Notes: generated by a model from the sequence alone, not told the origin. A stretch of DNA of 32,357 bases from a virus (IMGVR_UViG_3300035675_000021:1-32357); one strand, 5' to 3'. Positions 9,027 to 18,721 are shown, counted from the stretch's first letter. Numbers and translations are program-made.

Positions 9027-10099
9027 TGGCAACCACCCCAGCGATCGGTAGCCGCGAGTGGCTGCTCCAGCGCAACCCCAACATCTTCGATGCCAGCAAG
9101 TCGAAGGACCAGCGCGGTGCGCCCGTCAGCTTCGGCACTGCCCAGTACCCCCAGCTCCCCAGCTCGGGCAACTCCTACAGCGAGGGGCTGCGATACTCCT
9201 CGACGGCCCCGAACGCCACCAGCGTCGCCCAACAGGCACCGTCCGGTCAGTACTGGTGGAACGACACGGCCGCGGCGAAGCCGCAGCCGCAGCCACAGCC
9301 GCTCCCTCCGTACAACCCCAGTGGTGGTGGCGGCGGCGGAGGTGGCGGCAGCACGACGCCACCCATCGACACCGCGTCCATCCTCGCCCTGCTCGGCCGC
9401 AAGCCCCAGGCGCAGACGTGGCAGAGCCTCGACTTCCAGGACTACGTGCCCACGCAGTTCCGTGACTTCAACTCGGCCCAGTACGACACGCTGCGCGCTG
9501 GCCTCAAGGACGCCATCGGTGCTGACCGCACCGCAGGCATGAACGCCTACGGCGATCTCCGCACCGAGATGGGCAACTGGCAGAACTCCTTCAACGCACC
9601 GACCACGGTGGCCAACCCGACGCAATCGGCTGCCATGCAGCGGATGCTCCAGGCCAACGGCACGCCGACGAACATCAACCAGGCCGACACGAACCGTGGC
9701 ATCCAGGCCGACGCCGCCTTCGGCAACGTGCTCGCTCTGCTCGGTGGCGTCAACGACCAGGCCCAGCAGTCGCGACTGCGTGCGGTCGGCGGGGACGAGC
9801 GGAGGCTGAACGAGACCCTCGACGCCGAGCAGCGTGGTGGCGACCTCATGGTGAACATGAGCGAGGCACAGGCCCGGGACCTGTACGAGAAGGAGAAGTG
9901 GGAGTTCGGCGAGGAGATCGCCCAGATGAACTACCAGGCCCGCACGGCCAATCAGCAGTACAACAACACCGGCGTCAACACCACGAACGCTGCGAACACG
10001 CAGTCGGCCAACTCCTGGAACGCGGACACGGTCAAGACGCTCATCCAGCTGATCGCCGAAGGCGCACCGATCGACCCAGCGATGCTGCAAGGAGTCTGA
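9026..10099 (+). CDS. Putative internal virion / ejection protein
   Basis: 357 aa, N/Q/A-rich with a poly-Gly linker. TGATG coupling to the upstream gene. Confidence 0.5.
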   Translation: MATTPAIGSREWLLQRNPNIFDASKSKDQRGAPVSFGTAQYPQLPSSGNSYSEGLRYSSTAPNATSVAQQAPSGQYWWNDTAAAKPQPQPQPLPPYNPSGGGGGGGGGSTTPPIDTASILALLGRKPQAQTWQSLDFQDYVPTQFRDFNSAQYDTLRAGLKDAIGADRTAGMNAYGDLRTEMGNWQNSFNAPTTVANPTQSAAMQRMLQANGTPTNINQADTNRGIQADAAFGNVLALLGGVNDQAQQSRLRAVGGDERRLNETLDAEQRGGDLMVNMSEAQARDLYEKEKWEFGEEIAQMNYQARTANQQYNNTGVNTTNAANTQSANSWNADTVKTLIQLIAEGAPIDPAMLQGV

Positions 10100-10100
10100 G

Positions 10101-11492
10101 ATGGCAGACCAATACCTCGACCCGGCAATGCTCCAGTACCTGTTCGAGCAGGGGACTGGCTCCAGCCCTGGCTCCATGCTCGCTCGCCCCGAGAACACCG
10201 ACGACTGGGGCACGCTCGACGAGCAGGGCGCTCGGCTGACGCAACTCAGCAAGGCGTCGAACCTCCAGGCCAACCCGAACTACGTCGTCGGCCTGGGCCA
10301 GCAGGGCTACAGCCCCGAGGCCTTCCAGCCCGTCACCAGCTACACGCCCATCAACACGAAGGGCCGCGACCAGCTCCAGCTGTGGGCCGCTGGCAACGAT
10401 CCTCTCCGCAAGTTCATCGGCGAGAGCCTGCTGAATGGTGCCAGCCCAGGTCAGGTGCAGAGCCAGCTCCAGGTCATCCTGAGTCGGCCCGAGGGCGACC
10501 CCCTCCGTGACTCGTACTTCGGCTCGGTCCCCAACGCCGTGAAGATCGACCCGATGACCGGGGCGCAGACGCCGATCCCCGGTGGCGTGGACTGGAACAC
10601 CCTCTACAAGACGGTCGACTCCGCCTACAACGACCTGCTCAAGGACGACCCCTGGGACGGCCAGACCGTCGACGAGCAGGGCAGGCCAGCGGCAGCGAAG
10701 CAGGAGGACTCCGAGGCGATGCAGGCCCTCAAGTCGATGGGCTTCACCGTCACCCCGTACGACGAGTTCACACAAGAGCAGCTCGCTCCCGAAGGACTGC
10801 TGGAGATGCAGCAGCAGCGGCTCGACCCGCTCATCCGTGAGAACGTCGCCAACATCGAGGGCACCGCAGCAGCGCGACGTCGCAGCGACGAGATGGTCCC
10901 GCAGTACGAGAAGGCGCTCCAGGATTCGATGGCACGCACGGCGTTCCAGAACGCTGGCGGTCTCGCCCCTCCGGCCACAGCCGCACCCGCACGGCCAGCA
11001 GCGTCGTCGATGGACGCACGCAACGAGGCCAACAACACCAACGCCCTCACCCAGGAGCGGAGCATCCTGCCGGGCTTCGGCGCTACGTGGAACGCCCTGG
11101 CGAACTACTTCGGCTCAGGTAACGAGCCTCAGCCCGATCGCACCCCACGCCAGGAGCAGGCGGCGCAGTCGATGCTCGCCCCCAGGTCTTCGGCACCGTC
11201 CCCGCTGATGGATGCCATGCTCGGCGTGGCTGGCGGTCGCGGGGGTGCCCGCCAGCCGACGCCAGAGGAGAAGGAACGCCAGCGCCTGCGGGCAGCGATC
11301 CTGCGGCAGAAGGGCGACGTCCTCACCGGCCAGCAGAACCTGGGCCGCTCGAAGCTGGCCCTGAGCCAGCAGTCCGACAAGGATTGGCTGGGTGAGCAGC
11401 AACGCCTCGGCGCGATCGAACAGCTGCGGGCCCAAGGCATCACCCCCTTCTCCGTCCAGCAGCAAGCGATGAACAGGATGTTGCTCGGGTGA
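10101..11492 (+). CDS. Putative internal virion / ejection protein
   Basis: 463 aa, Q/A/P-rich, no Cys. Called from position. Confidence 0.5.
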   Translation: MADQYLDPAMLQYLFEQGTGSSPGSMLARPENTDDWGTLDEQGARLTQLSKASNLQANPNYVVGLGQQGYSPEAFQPVTSYTPINTKGRDQLQLWAAGNDPLRKFIGESLLNGASPGQVQSQLQVILSRPEGDPLRDSYFGSVPNAVKIDPMTGAQTPIPGGVDWNTLYKTVDSAYNDLLKDDPWDGQTVDEQGRPAAAKQEDSEAMQALKSMGFTVTPYDEFTQEQLAPEGLLEMQQQRLDPLIRENVANIEGTAAARRRSDEMVPQYEKALQDSMARTAFQNAGGLAPPATAAPARPAASSMDARNEANNTNALTQERSILPGFGATWNALANYFGSGNEPQPDRTPRQEQAAQSMLAPRSSAPSPLMDAMLGVAGGRGGARQPTPEEKERQRLRAAILRQKGDVLTGQQNLGRSKLALSQQSDKDWLGEQQRLGAIEQLRAQGITPFSVQQQAMNRMLLG

Positions 11493-14400
11493 CCCCCGAG
11501 GAGCGGCTCAAGCGATACGGCGGGCTCACGGTCTACGACCGCCGACCCAAGCCCGCTCCACGAGCGCGTCCCCGCGTCAACCCGGCAGGCGTCGACACCT
11601 CGCGCATGTCGCCCGAGGTGGCAGCCGCATGGAGCGCAGCCCCAGCACAGCCCGAGGAGGAGCCGAACGCCGTCCAGGCAGCCGGTGGTCTGCTTGGTCG
11701 TGGCCTGGGCATGGTGCTCAACAATCCGGTCGCCAACGCCGTCCTCCGACCGCTCGACGTGCTCGACGTGCCACGTCGAGCGGTGTGGTCGACGATCCAG
11801 GAGGGCGCTGACGCCGTCTCCGGCGAGGGCTTCTCCCCACAGGACTGGTACGACCAGACCAATCCGTTCCACGCCATCACGCAGAAGGGCGACCCGACGT
11901 TCGGCGCTGGCGATGTTCTCCCGGAGATCGACACCCCGCTGTCGGCTGGCTGGGACAAGTGGATCAACCGCGCTCAGGGCCTGGCTGGCGACATCATCGG
12001 CGACCCGCTCACCTACCTCGACGGTGTCGGCTTCGTGGCTGACGCCGCCAAGGTTGCCCGCGAGCTGGACAAGCTGAACACAGCACAGAAGGCGACGAGC
12101 AAGCTGGCCGACGTCGAGCAACTGCTCAAGTCCATGAACCGTCCCGGCACGGCACTGCCCCCAGAGTTTGCGGGCGCAACAGAGAGGCTGGCCCAGCTCG
12201 GCGGAGAAGCCGACCTGGAGCGCCTCGGTCGGCGCAGCCTGTCGGGCACGAACGAGGCGCAGCGCGCCGTCATGGACATCCCCGAGCCTGGGCTCGGTCT
12301 CAAGATCCCGTTCACCAGCATGGAGCCTCGGGTCATCCCCGGCACAGCGCCGCTCGCCCTCGCCGGGTCAGCCGCCAAGGCGACCATCAAGGAGCAGGCC
12401 CGCAAGCTGCCCGGCATGGGTGCCATCCGTGGCACACGAGCACCAGTGGGCGTGCTCGGCAACACGCTCCAGCCAGCGTACGAGCGCATCCTCACCGGCA
12501 AGGGGGGCGGCTCCATCCGTGGGGCCATCGACACCATCGCCACCGACAACAGCGCACGTCGAGGGGCTGGCGTCTTCGGCACCGTCGCCGCCGACGAGCT
12601 GAACCGCGTGGCCAAGGAGGTCGAGGACCTCACGCCCGAGCAGCGCAGCGAGATGGTGAGGATGGCGGAGGAAGACCCGACCGTCACCAACGTCTTCACC
12701 GACTACCAGCAGAAGATCATCGCGATCGGCAACTACCTCGGGGTCAACATCCCCGAGATGCAGGGTGGCCGCTACGTCATGCCGCACGTCCTCGACCGTG
12801 GGTTCCGCAACTACCTGATGAAGCTGGTGCGCAGCGGGGACGGGCGAGCCGACGACTTCATGCGAGAGGCTGGCCTGAAGACCGACGACCTCCTGGAGGA
12901 GGGCGGCTTCATGCAGCGTCGCCAGTGGCGACCGAACGAAGACGGCACGCCGTTCAAGGCGAAGATCGCTGGCAACGATGTGGAGATCGAACTCGGCTCG
13001 ATCGACGAACTGAACACGAAGATCGGTGCGCTGTTCCCTGACTACACGGGCAGCATCTACGAGACCGACCCCATCCTCGCGTGGCGTCGGTACATCCAGG
13101 GCACCCGCAAGGACGTGGCCAAGCGCCTCGCCTACGGTGAGGCAGCCGACGTCGGGCGTGAGGGCGTGTACCGCCGCCCCGACCAGCCCGACCAGTTCGA
13201 TCCCTTCGGTGGCCGCGAGCAGCTGCCGCCACGTGTTGGCCCCAACGGTGAGGAGATCCCCGTCGAGCGCGTGGTGCCCAACACCAACGCCCCGATGACG
13301 ATGGAGCAGGAGCGCTTCTACAAGGGCGTGCCCAACGAGGCTGCGACCAAGGCGCGCAACAAGGAGATCAAGAAGACCCAGCCGCAGCTGCTGGAGGAGT
13401 ACACCTCGGCTGCCGCAGCGCGCCGGGCCGAGATCGCCGACGACCTCGAAGCACTCACCGACGAACTGATCCAACCCATCTCCGCCGAGCGGTCGCGGAT
13501 GCTGGCGCTGCGCAACACCGCTGGCGTCACCCGTGACAACGCAGCCGAGTTCATGGAGGATCTGCGCACGGTCACGCTGCCGTCGATCCAGGCGGAGATG
13601 GACCTGCTCGACGCCGAGCTGAAGCGCCTGTCGTCTGCCCGCTCCAGCGTGGCACGCACGGCCCGGGAGCGCACCCGCCGCCGCCAGGACGAGATCCTCG
13701 ACAGGCTGGACGCCCAGCGTCGCCAGCTCATCGAGCAGCGCGACAGCCTGGCTGGCGTCTACGCCATGCGCCAGGGTGACGTGCAGGCTGCGACCCAGAA
13801 GATCCTCGACGAGGTGCGGGCCATGGCCCCAGCCGCGAAGGCGAAGGCGATCGCCCGCAAGGACAACGAGCTGAACCGCAGCTACAGCCGGGCGATGGAT
13901 GCCTACCGTCGCAAGAAGTCCAACCTGGTCGGCAAGTGGCGCGAGCGCGCCGAGTTCACCGCCTCGAAGGCTGGCCCCGATGGGATCACCCGGTCGGGGA
14001 GGCGCAACTCGTTCGGCCTGCGTGATGGAACCGACGAGCAGGCAGTGGCCAGCGCCAACCGCCACCTCCAGGAGAACGGCGACGCGCTGCGACGGTTCAA
14101 TGACGCCGAGGAAGAACTCATGGGGCTGCGCCGTGAGTACCACAGCAAGTACGGCAGCGACATCGACGCGCTCGATGAGGACATTGCCTTCGAGCAGAAG
14201 GAACTCAACCGCCTGAACCCAAAGGGCGAGGACCGCAACGCTCGCATCGACTACATCAACGAGATGATGCGTCGCCGCCAGCGGCTGGTCACCGAGCAGC
14301 GCAAGCTGGGGCCAGCACTCCGCCAGGCCGAGCGCAACCTCCAGGCAGCCGACATGAAGAAGATCGCCGAGGCGCTGGAGACCCGCACCAACAACAAGCG

Positions 14401-16894
14401 CTGGCTGGAGTACCTCGACACCAACGCCTCGGCCGAGCACAGCCGGGTCGTGGAGGTGCAGCGCCAGCTCGACGCATGGATGCAAGGGCTGATGGCAGAC
14501 GGCGAGCGTTCCATTCAGGGCGTGAATGGGATACAGACGTCGGGCATGATGACCCCCGAGGTCGAGGCTGCGCGCAAGTACCTGGAGACCAACGCTGCGT
14601 TCAACTACATCAAGGATCGCAACCGGGTGCAGGCACTCAGCGACCTCACGATCTCCACGGCCAAGGGCAAGACGAAGGCGGAGACGAAGAAGCTTCAGGC
14701 AGCCCTGCGTGCAGAGCGCAAGACGCTGGAGGAGAGCCTGGCCAAGCGGGCGCAGACCGGACGCAAGGTGGCTGCCGCCGAGAAGACGGTGAAGGAAGCC
14801 GCCCCGGTGACGCTGCCCGGCCCGAAGCAGCCGCCACGTGGGGAGTTCCTCGACCAGGTCGAAGCCGACCAGCTGCAAGCCGAGCGGGCAGCGCAGCGCA
14901 ACGCCAACGACCTCACGAACAAGCGCGCCGAGATCGACCAGCAGATGCTGCCCGACATCATCAACACCGAGACGGCACTCGGGGACACGAAGCTGCGGAT
15001 GCAGGACATCGCTCGCGGGGTGGACCAGGAGACCAACCAGGTGGCGATGGACGAGGGCATGAACGCCATCGAGAAGCAGCGAGCCCTGTCCGACCAGGCC
15101 GAGCAGGCCAAGGTTCGCAAGGGTGAACTCACCCAGTCGCAGCAGATGGTGGACCAGGCCATCGGCGAGTTCCAGATGGTGTACGACGACGCCGTCGTGA
15201 ACTACGAGAAGTACCGAGGCATCCACGCCGACATCGCAGCCAAGGCCGACTCGACCCGAGTGAACCGGGCCAAGGATCGCGTCGAGATGCTGCCGAAGAA
15301 GAAGGACCTGGACCAAGCTGCCGCTGGGGCCATCCCCGCCTACGAGACACAGCCCCTCAACCGCACCATCGAGGATCTCAACGCCGTCATCAAGGCCAAC
15401 CCCACCGGCGACGACGAGCTGATGACCCGCATCGAGGCAGCCCTCCATCCGCTGGAGCAGCGCCTCGCCGAGCTGACCACCGAGCTGGACATCCCGGCCC
15501 GGGAGGTGGAGCAGATCATCAAGGCGGCACGCAAGGGGGAACTCTCCCCGGTCATCTCGCACATCATGAAGTCCGACTTCCGCCAGGTGTGGCAGGGCGG
15601 GGACGTGGTGATCTCGAAGGAGCTGGATGCTGCGTACAAGAACCTGACCTCGGTGCTCGACAACCCCGGCCAGTTCGCCAACGTGCTCACCGCCTACACC
15701 AACTTCTTCAAGACCTACGCCACCCTGACGCCGGGCTTCCATGTCCGCAACGGGCTGTCGGCCATCTTCATGAACAGCGTCGACGGTGTGAAGATGTCGC
15801 ACCAGCTCGACGGCGTGAAGCTGTGGCGCGAGTACGCCAAGAGCGACAGCCCACTCGAATGGCTGATGTCTCGCAGCCAGGAGGAGCAGGACGCCTTCCA
15901 GGCAGTGTTCGCATCCGGTGCTGGCGGTCGGTACTTCGAGGCTGGCTTCGCCGACTCGGCATCGAGCGGCAAGCGCAGGCAGTCACTGTTCTCCAACCCG
16001 GCCACCCGCCTCAGCCAGAAGGTCGGCCAGGACTGGACGGAGGGACCGGTCCGACTCGGCATGGCGCTCGACTCGGTCAAGGCGGGCAAGTCGATCGACG
16101 ACACGATCGGTCGCATCACCCGCATCCACTTCGACTACGGCCAGGTGTCGCAGTTCGACGAGAAGGCCAAGCGCCTCATCCCGTTCTGGACGTTCATGTC
16201 CCGCAACCTGCCCATGCAGATCACCGAGATGTGGTCGAAGCCGAAGGTGTACGCCTGGTACAAGAGCTTCGTCCGCAACTTCTCCAGCGAGGAGCCCGAG
16301 GGCACGCCCGAGTACTTCGGCACCGTGGGTGCCTTCCCCTTCGCCGGGACGGAGTTCGCCGGGATGCCGCTGTTCCTCCAGCCCGACCTCGGGTTCACCA
16401 GGGTCGAGGCCGACCTCAAGGACCTGGAGAATGCGCTGTCGGGCGAGAACCTGATGCGCCCACTGACGAACGTGAACCCCCTCTACACCGCACCGGCCGA
16501 GTACATCACCGGTCGGGACTTCTTCACCGGTCGCGAGTACCGGGACACCGACGTTCGCCCGCTCGGCCCACTGGAGAAGGTGGCCCAGCCTGGCCTCGCT
16601 GGCCTCGGCCTGCTGAAGGAGGCTCCGAACGGCACGCCGCTGATCGAGGAGCGCCTGGCCAACATGCTGCAATCGCTCAACCCCATCTACTCCCGGTCGG
16701 CGAGGCTCGCTCCCCGCCTGACGACAGGAGCGGACGACAACATCCAGCGTGTCATGGAGGCATGGGTGCGGATGATGGGTGCCCCCGTCCGCACACTGTC
16801 CCCGTCACAGCAGGAGGCGACGATGAAGTCGCAGTACTACGACATGCTGGACGAGCAGCGTCGGCAGCAGGCATACGCCCAGGCCGCAGGGTAG
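11489..16894 (+). CDS. Large internal virion (ejection / DNA-delivery) protein
   Basis: 1801 aa with long coiled coils. C-terminal PGFHVRN and FDYGQVSQFDEKAKRLIPFWTF motifs resemble large podoviral ejection proteins. Confidence 0.65.
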   Translation: MTPEERLKRYGGLTVYDRRPKPAPRARPRVNPAGVDTSRMSPEVAAAWSAAPAQPEEEPNAVQAAGGLLGRGLGMVLNNPVANAVLRPLDVLDVPRRAVWSTIQEGADAVSGEGFSPQDWYDQTNPFHAITQKGDPTFGAGDVLPEIDTPLSAGWDKWINRAQGLAGDIIGDPLTYLDGVGFVADAAKVARELDKLNTAQKATSKLADVEQLLKSMNRPGTALPPEFAGATERLAQLGGEADLERLGRRSLSGTNEAQRAVMDIPEPGLGLKIPFTSMEPRVIPGTAPLALAGSAAKATIKEQARKLPGMGAIRGTRAPVGVLGNTLQPAYERILTGKGGGSIRGAIDTIATDNSARRGAGVFGTVAADELNRVAKEVEDLTPEQRSEMVRMAEEDPTVTNVFTDYQQKIIAIGNYLGVNIPEMQGGRYVMPHVLDRGFRNYLMKLVRSGDGRADDFMREAGLKTDDLLEEGGFMQRRQWRPNEDGTPFKAKIAGNDVEIELGSIDELNTKIGALFPDYTGSIYETDPILAWRRYIQGTRKDVAKRLAYGEAADVGREGVYRRPDQPDQFDPFGGREQLPPRVGPNGEEIPVERVVPNTNAPMTMEQERFYKGVPNEAATKARNKEIKKTQPQLLEEYTSAAAARRAEIADDLEALTDELIQPISAERSRMLALRNTAGVTRDNAAEFMEDLRTVTLPSIQAEMDLLDAELKRLSSARSSVARTARERTRRRQDEILDRLDAQRRQLIEQRDSLAGVYAMRQGDVQAATQKILDEVRAMAPAAKAKAIARKDNELNRSYSRAMDAYRRKKSNLVGKWRERAEFTASKAGPDGITRSGRRNSFGLRDGTDEQAVASANRHLQENGDALRRFNDAEEELMGLRREYHSKYGSDIDALDEDIAFEQKELNRLNPKGEDRNARIDYINEMMRRRQRLVTEQRKLGPALRQAERNLQAADMKKIAEALETRTNNKRWLEYLDTNASAEHSRVVEVQRQLDAWMQGLMADGERSIQGVNGIQTSGMMTPEVEAARKYLETNAAFNYIKDRNRVQALSDLTISTAKGKTKAETKKLQAALRAERKTLEESLAKRAQTGRKVAAAEKTVKEAAPVTLPGPKQPPRGEFLDQVEADQLQAERAAQRNANDLTNKRAEIDQQMLPDIINTETALGDTKLRMQDIARGVDQETNQVAMDEGMNAIEKQRALSDQAEQAKVRKGELTQSQQMVDQAIGEFQMVYDDAVVNYEKYRGIHADIAAKADSTRVNRAKDRVEMLPKKKDLDQAAAGAIPAYETQPLNRTIEDLNAVIKANPTGDDELMTRIEAALHPLEQRLAELTTELDIPAREVEQIIKAARKGELSPVISHIMKSDFRQVWQGGDVVISKELDAAYKNLTSVLDNPGQFANVLTAYTNFFKTYATLTPGFHVRNGLSAIFMNSVDGVKMSHQLDGVKLWREYAKSDSPLEWLMSRSQEEQDAFQAVFASGAGGRYFEAGFADSASSGKRRQSLFSNPATRLSQKVGQDWTEGPVRLGMALDSVKAGKSIDDTIGRITRIHFDYGQVSQFDEKAKRLIPFWTFMSRNLPMQITEMWSKPKVYAWYKSFVRNFSSEEPEGTPEYFGTVGAFPFAGTEFAGMPLFLQPDLGFTRVEADLKDLENALSGENLMRPLTNVNPLYTAPAEYITGRDFFTGREYRDTDVRPLGPLEKVAQPGLAGLGLLKEAPNGTPLIEERLANMLQSLNPIYSRSARLAPRLTTGADDNIQRVMEAWVRMMGAPVRTLSPSQQEATMKSQYYDMLDEQRRQQAYAQAAG
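14510..14530. promoter_or_regulatory. Palindromic motif copy (TCCATTCA-gggcg-TGAATGGG), intragenic
   Basis: Matches 15 of 16 arm bases of the repeated motif with the same 5-nt spacer. Confidence 0.55.
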
Positions 16895-16912
16895 GGCAGT
16901 TAGGGTTCGGTG

Positions 16913-17104
16913 ATGAGGAACATCCTGTTCTACGACGAGGGAGAGGCGTACGCCGCTGGCGACGAGGAACGAGCGCAGTTCGACAACGACCGGCTCGTGT
17001 CCATGATCGCCATTCTCCAGATCCTGGTCCCTGACCCTGACCTCAAGCGACGCATCCGTCGTGCGGTCATGTTTGAAATCTTCGGGGAGCACGAGGAGCG
17101 CTGA
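16913..17104 (+). CDS. Hypothetical protein
   Basis: 63 aa. TGATG overlap with the endolysin. TAGGGT lies 6 nt upstream of the ATG. Confidence 0.65.
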   Translation: MRNILFYDEGEAYAAGDEERAQFDNDRLVSMIAILQILVPDPDLKRRIRRAVMFEIFGEHEER

Positions 17105-17967
17105 TGGGACAGATTTGGCTCACCTCACTGCCCGACGTCCTGCGTAATGCTGGCCTCGACGTCGGCACCTACCAGGGCTGGGAGGCTCGTGCCCGATCGA
17201 CGGGCGGGTACGACGCCATCCTGGCCGTGCAGGTTCATCACACCGCATCGAACTCGTCGCCCGAGGGCGACATGTCCTACATGTGGGAGGGCTCACCCGA
17301 CCGACCGGTCGGTGCCATCTACCTCGCCCGTGACGGCAAGGTCACTGTCGGTGCTGCCGGTGCGACCAACACGTCGGGCAAGGGTGGCCCCCTCGGTACG
17401 TCGGGCGGGGAGATCCCACTCGACGCCGCCAACCGCTATGTCATCTCGATCGAGGCGGCGAACACGGGCACCGGCGAGCCGTGGCCGGAGGCGCAGCAGA
17501 AGGCCTACGTGACCATGGTGCAGGCCCTGTGCGCTGCGTACGGGCTGACGTACGACTACGGCGACGTCCACGCTCACTTCGAGTGGACCACGCGGAAGAT
17601 AGATCCCGCGGGTGAATCCCACTACGCCAGCGGGGCGAACAAGTGGAACATGGATGCGTTCCGCCAGGACGTAGCCGCCAACGGACCCGGTATCCCACCA
17701 TCCCCGACAGGAGAAGTCGACATGATTGCCATTGACCACAAGCCCAACACTCCCGAGTGGACTGCCCTCATGGTGACCGGCACCCACATGGCGTGGATCG
17801 CAGACGGCCACGCTGACGGCGTGTACCGGGTCGCTGGCGTCCAGCGGGTGACGGTCGGTGACGAGCAGCTCACCGGTCTCATCAAGTCCTCGCAGACCAC
17901 GACCGACGCCCCTCCCACCCTGAGTGGCAGCGATCGCGCGCTCTGGGACCAGAACCGGATCAAGTAG
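17104..17967 (+). CDS. Endolysin, N-acetylmuramoyl-L-alanine amidase (Amidase_2 type)
   Basis: Zn-amidase motifs VHHTAS, ISIEAAN and HAHFEW..RKIDP, followed by a Pro linker and a C-terminal domain. Confidence 0.88.
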   Translation: MGQIWLTSLPDVLRNAGLDVGTYQGWEARARSTGGYDAILAVQVHHTASNSSPEGDMSYMWEGSPDRPVGAIYLARDGKVTVGAAGATNTSGKGGPLGTSGGEIPLDAANRYVISIEAANTGTGEPWPEAQQKAYVTMVQALCAAYGLTYDYGDVHAHFEWTTRKIDPAGESHYASGANKWNMDAFRQDVAANGPGIPPSPTGEVDMIAIDHKPNTPEWTALMVTGTHMAWIADGHADGVYRVAGVQRVTVGDEQLTGLIKSSQTTTDAPPTLSGSDRALWDQNRIK

Positions 17968-17976
17968 CATCGCCCG

Positions 17977-18168
17977 GTGCTGGCAACGTCGAACGTCTCA
18001 CTGAGTCTCGAAGGCTGGTTCGCGTTCATCGCCATCGTCATCGTGTCCGTGACGGTGTTCCTCGTCGCCCGGCACGGTCGGACGTACCACGTCCACTGGC
18101 ACAACGGCGACGATGACGGGGAAGAACTTGCCCCGGAACGCGAAGAAGCCCCCCAGCCCGAAGGCTGA
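17977..18168 (+). CDS. Small single-TM membrane protein, possible holin
   Basis: WFAFIAIVIVSVTVFLVA transmembrane segment and an acidic tail, directly after the endolysin. Confidence 0.5.
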   Translation: MLATSNVSLSLEGWFAFIAIVIVSVTVFLVARHGRTYHVHWHNGDDDGEELAPEREEAPQPEG

Positions 18169-18180
18169 GGGGCTTCTTTC
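18143..18180. terminator. Bidirectional intrinsic terminator between convergent arms
   Basis: aagaagcccc-c-cagcc-cgaa-ggctg-a-ggggcttctt, with T-rich tails on both strands. Confidence 0.8.
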
Positions 18181-18274
18181 AGTAATTCGTGATTGCGTAG
18201 AGGAACGGGACGATGACGACGGCCCAGAGGACCAACCCGGCGAGTGCCAGGAGGGCCACCTTCCACCACTTCAT
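18179..18274 (-). CDS. Small membrane peptide (31 aa)
   Basis: MKWWKVALLALAGLVLWAVVIVPFLYAITNY. The start is uncertain. Confidence 0.5.
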   Translation of the reverse strand: MKWWKVALLALAGLVLWAVVIVPFLYAITNY

Positions 18275-18291
18275 CTCCACGCCAGGTTTGC

Positions 18292-18480
18292 TCACTGGAC
18301 GCTTCTCATCCCGATGACGATAGGCGACAGGTCCCGCGGGCGCTGGCCCAAGCGGGCGCACGCTTCGATGTAGTCCCGTCGCACCGCGTGCGTGGCCGTG
18401 TAGACCATTCGGTCGATGTGATCGGGCCCACAATTCTGTGAAGCACTTTCTGGATTCGAGGGTGAGTCGAAATCACTCAT
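18292..18480 (-). CDS. Hypothetical protein
   Basis: MSDFDSP... follows GGAGAAGG and overlaps the upstream stop. Confidence 0.55.
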   Translation of the reverse strand: MSDFDSPSNPESASQNCGPDHIDRMVYTATHAVRRDYIEACARLGQRPRDLSPIVIGMRSVQ

Positions 18481-18676
18481 TGCCTTCTCCCTTGATGAAG
18501 TGATGGGGGCGGTGCATCTCGATCTGGTCGATCTCACGCTGCACGCGCCGGTTGGACTGCTGACGTTCGATCTCCGCCTGCTCTCTCGCACGGTTGCGCA
18601 TGGCACCCCAGATGATGAGGGCCGTACACGCTGCGATGAACAGGAAGATGAGGAACTGAACGGTTGGTACTGACAT
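18473..18676 (-). CDS. Small membrane-anchored protein
   Basis: N-terminal TM (FLIFLFIAACTALIIW) followed by a charged helix. Confidence 0.6.
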   Translation of the reverse strand: MSVPTVQFLIFLFIAACTALIIWGAMRNRAREQAEIERQQSNRRVQREIDQIEMHRPHHFIKGEGNE

Positions 18677-18686
18677 GGGAAAGGGC

Positions 18687-18707
18687 CCCATTCACTGAGT
18701 GAATGGG
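18687..18707. promoter_or_regulatory. Palindromic motif copy CCCATTCA-ctgag-TGAATGGG
   Basis: Intergenic. Extends to a 13-bp stem (18683-18711) followed by TTTC on the - strand. Confidence 0.75.
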
Positions 18708-18721
18708 GCCCCTCCTCCTTT

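Noticed and set aside
15589-17034. 481-aa overlapping + strand ORF
   Set aside because: Arg/Pro/Gly-rich off-frame translation typical of high-GC DNA.
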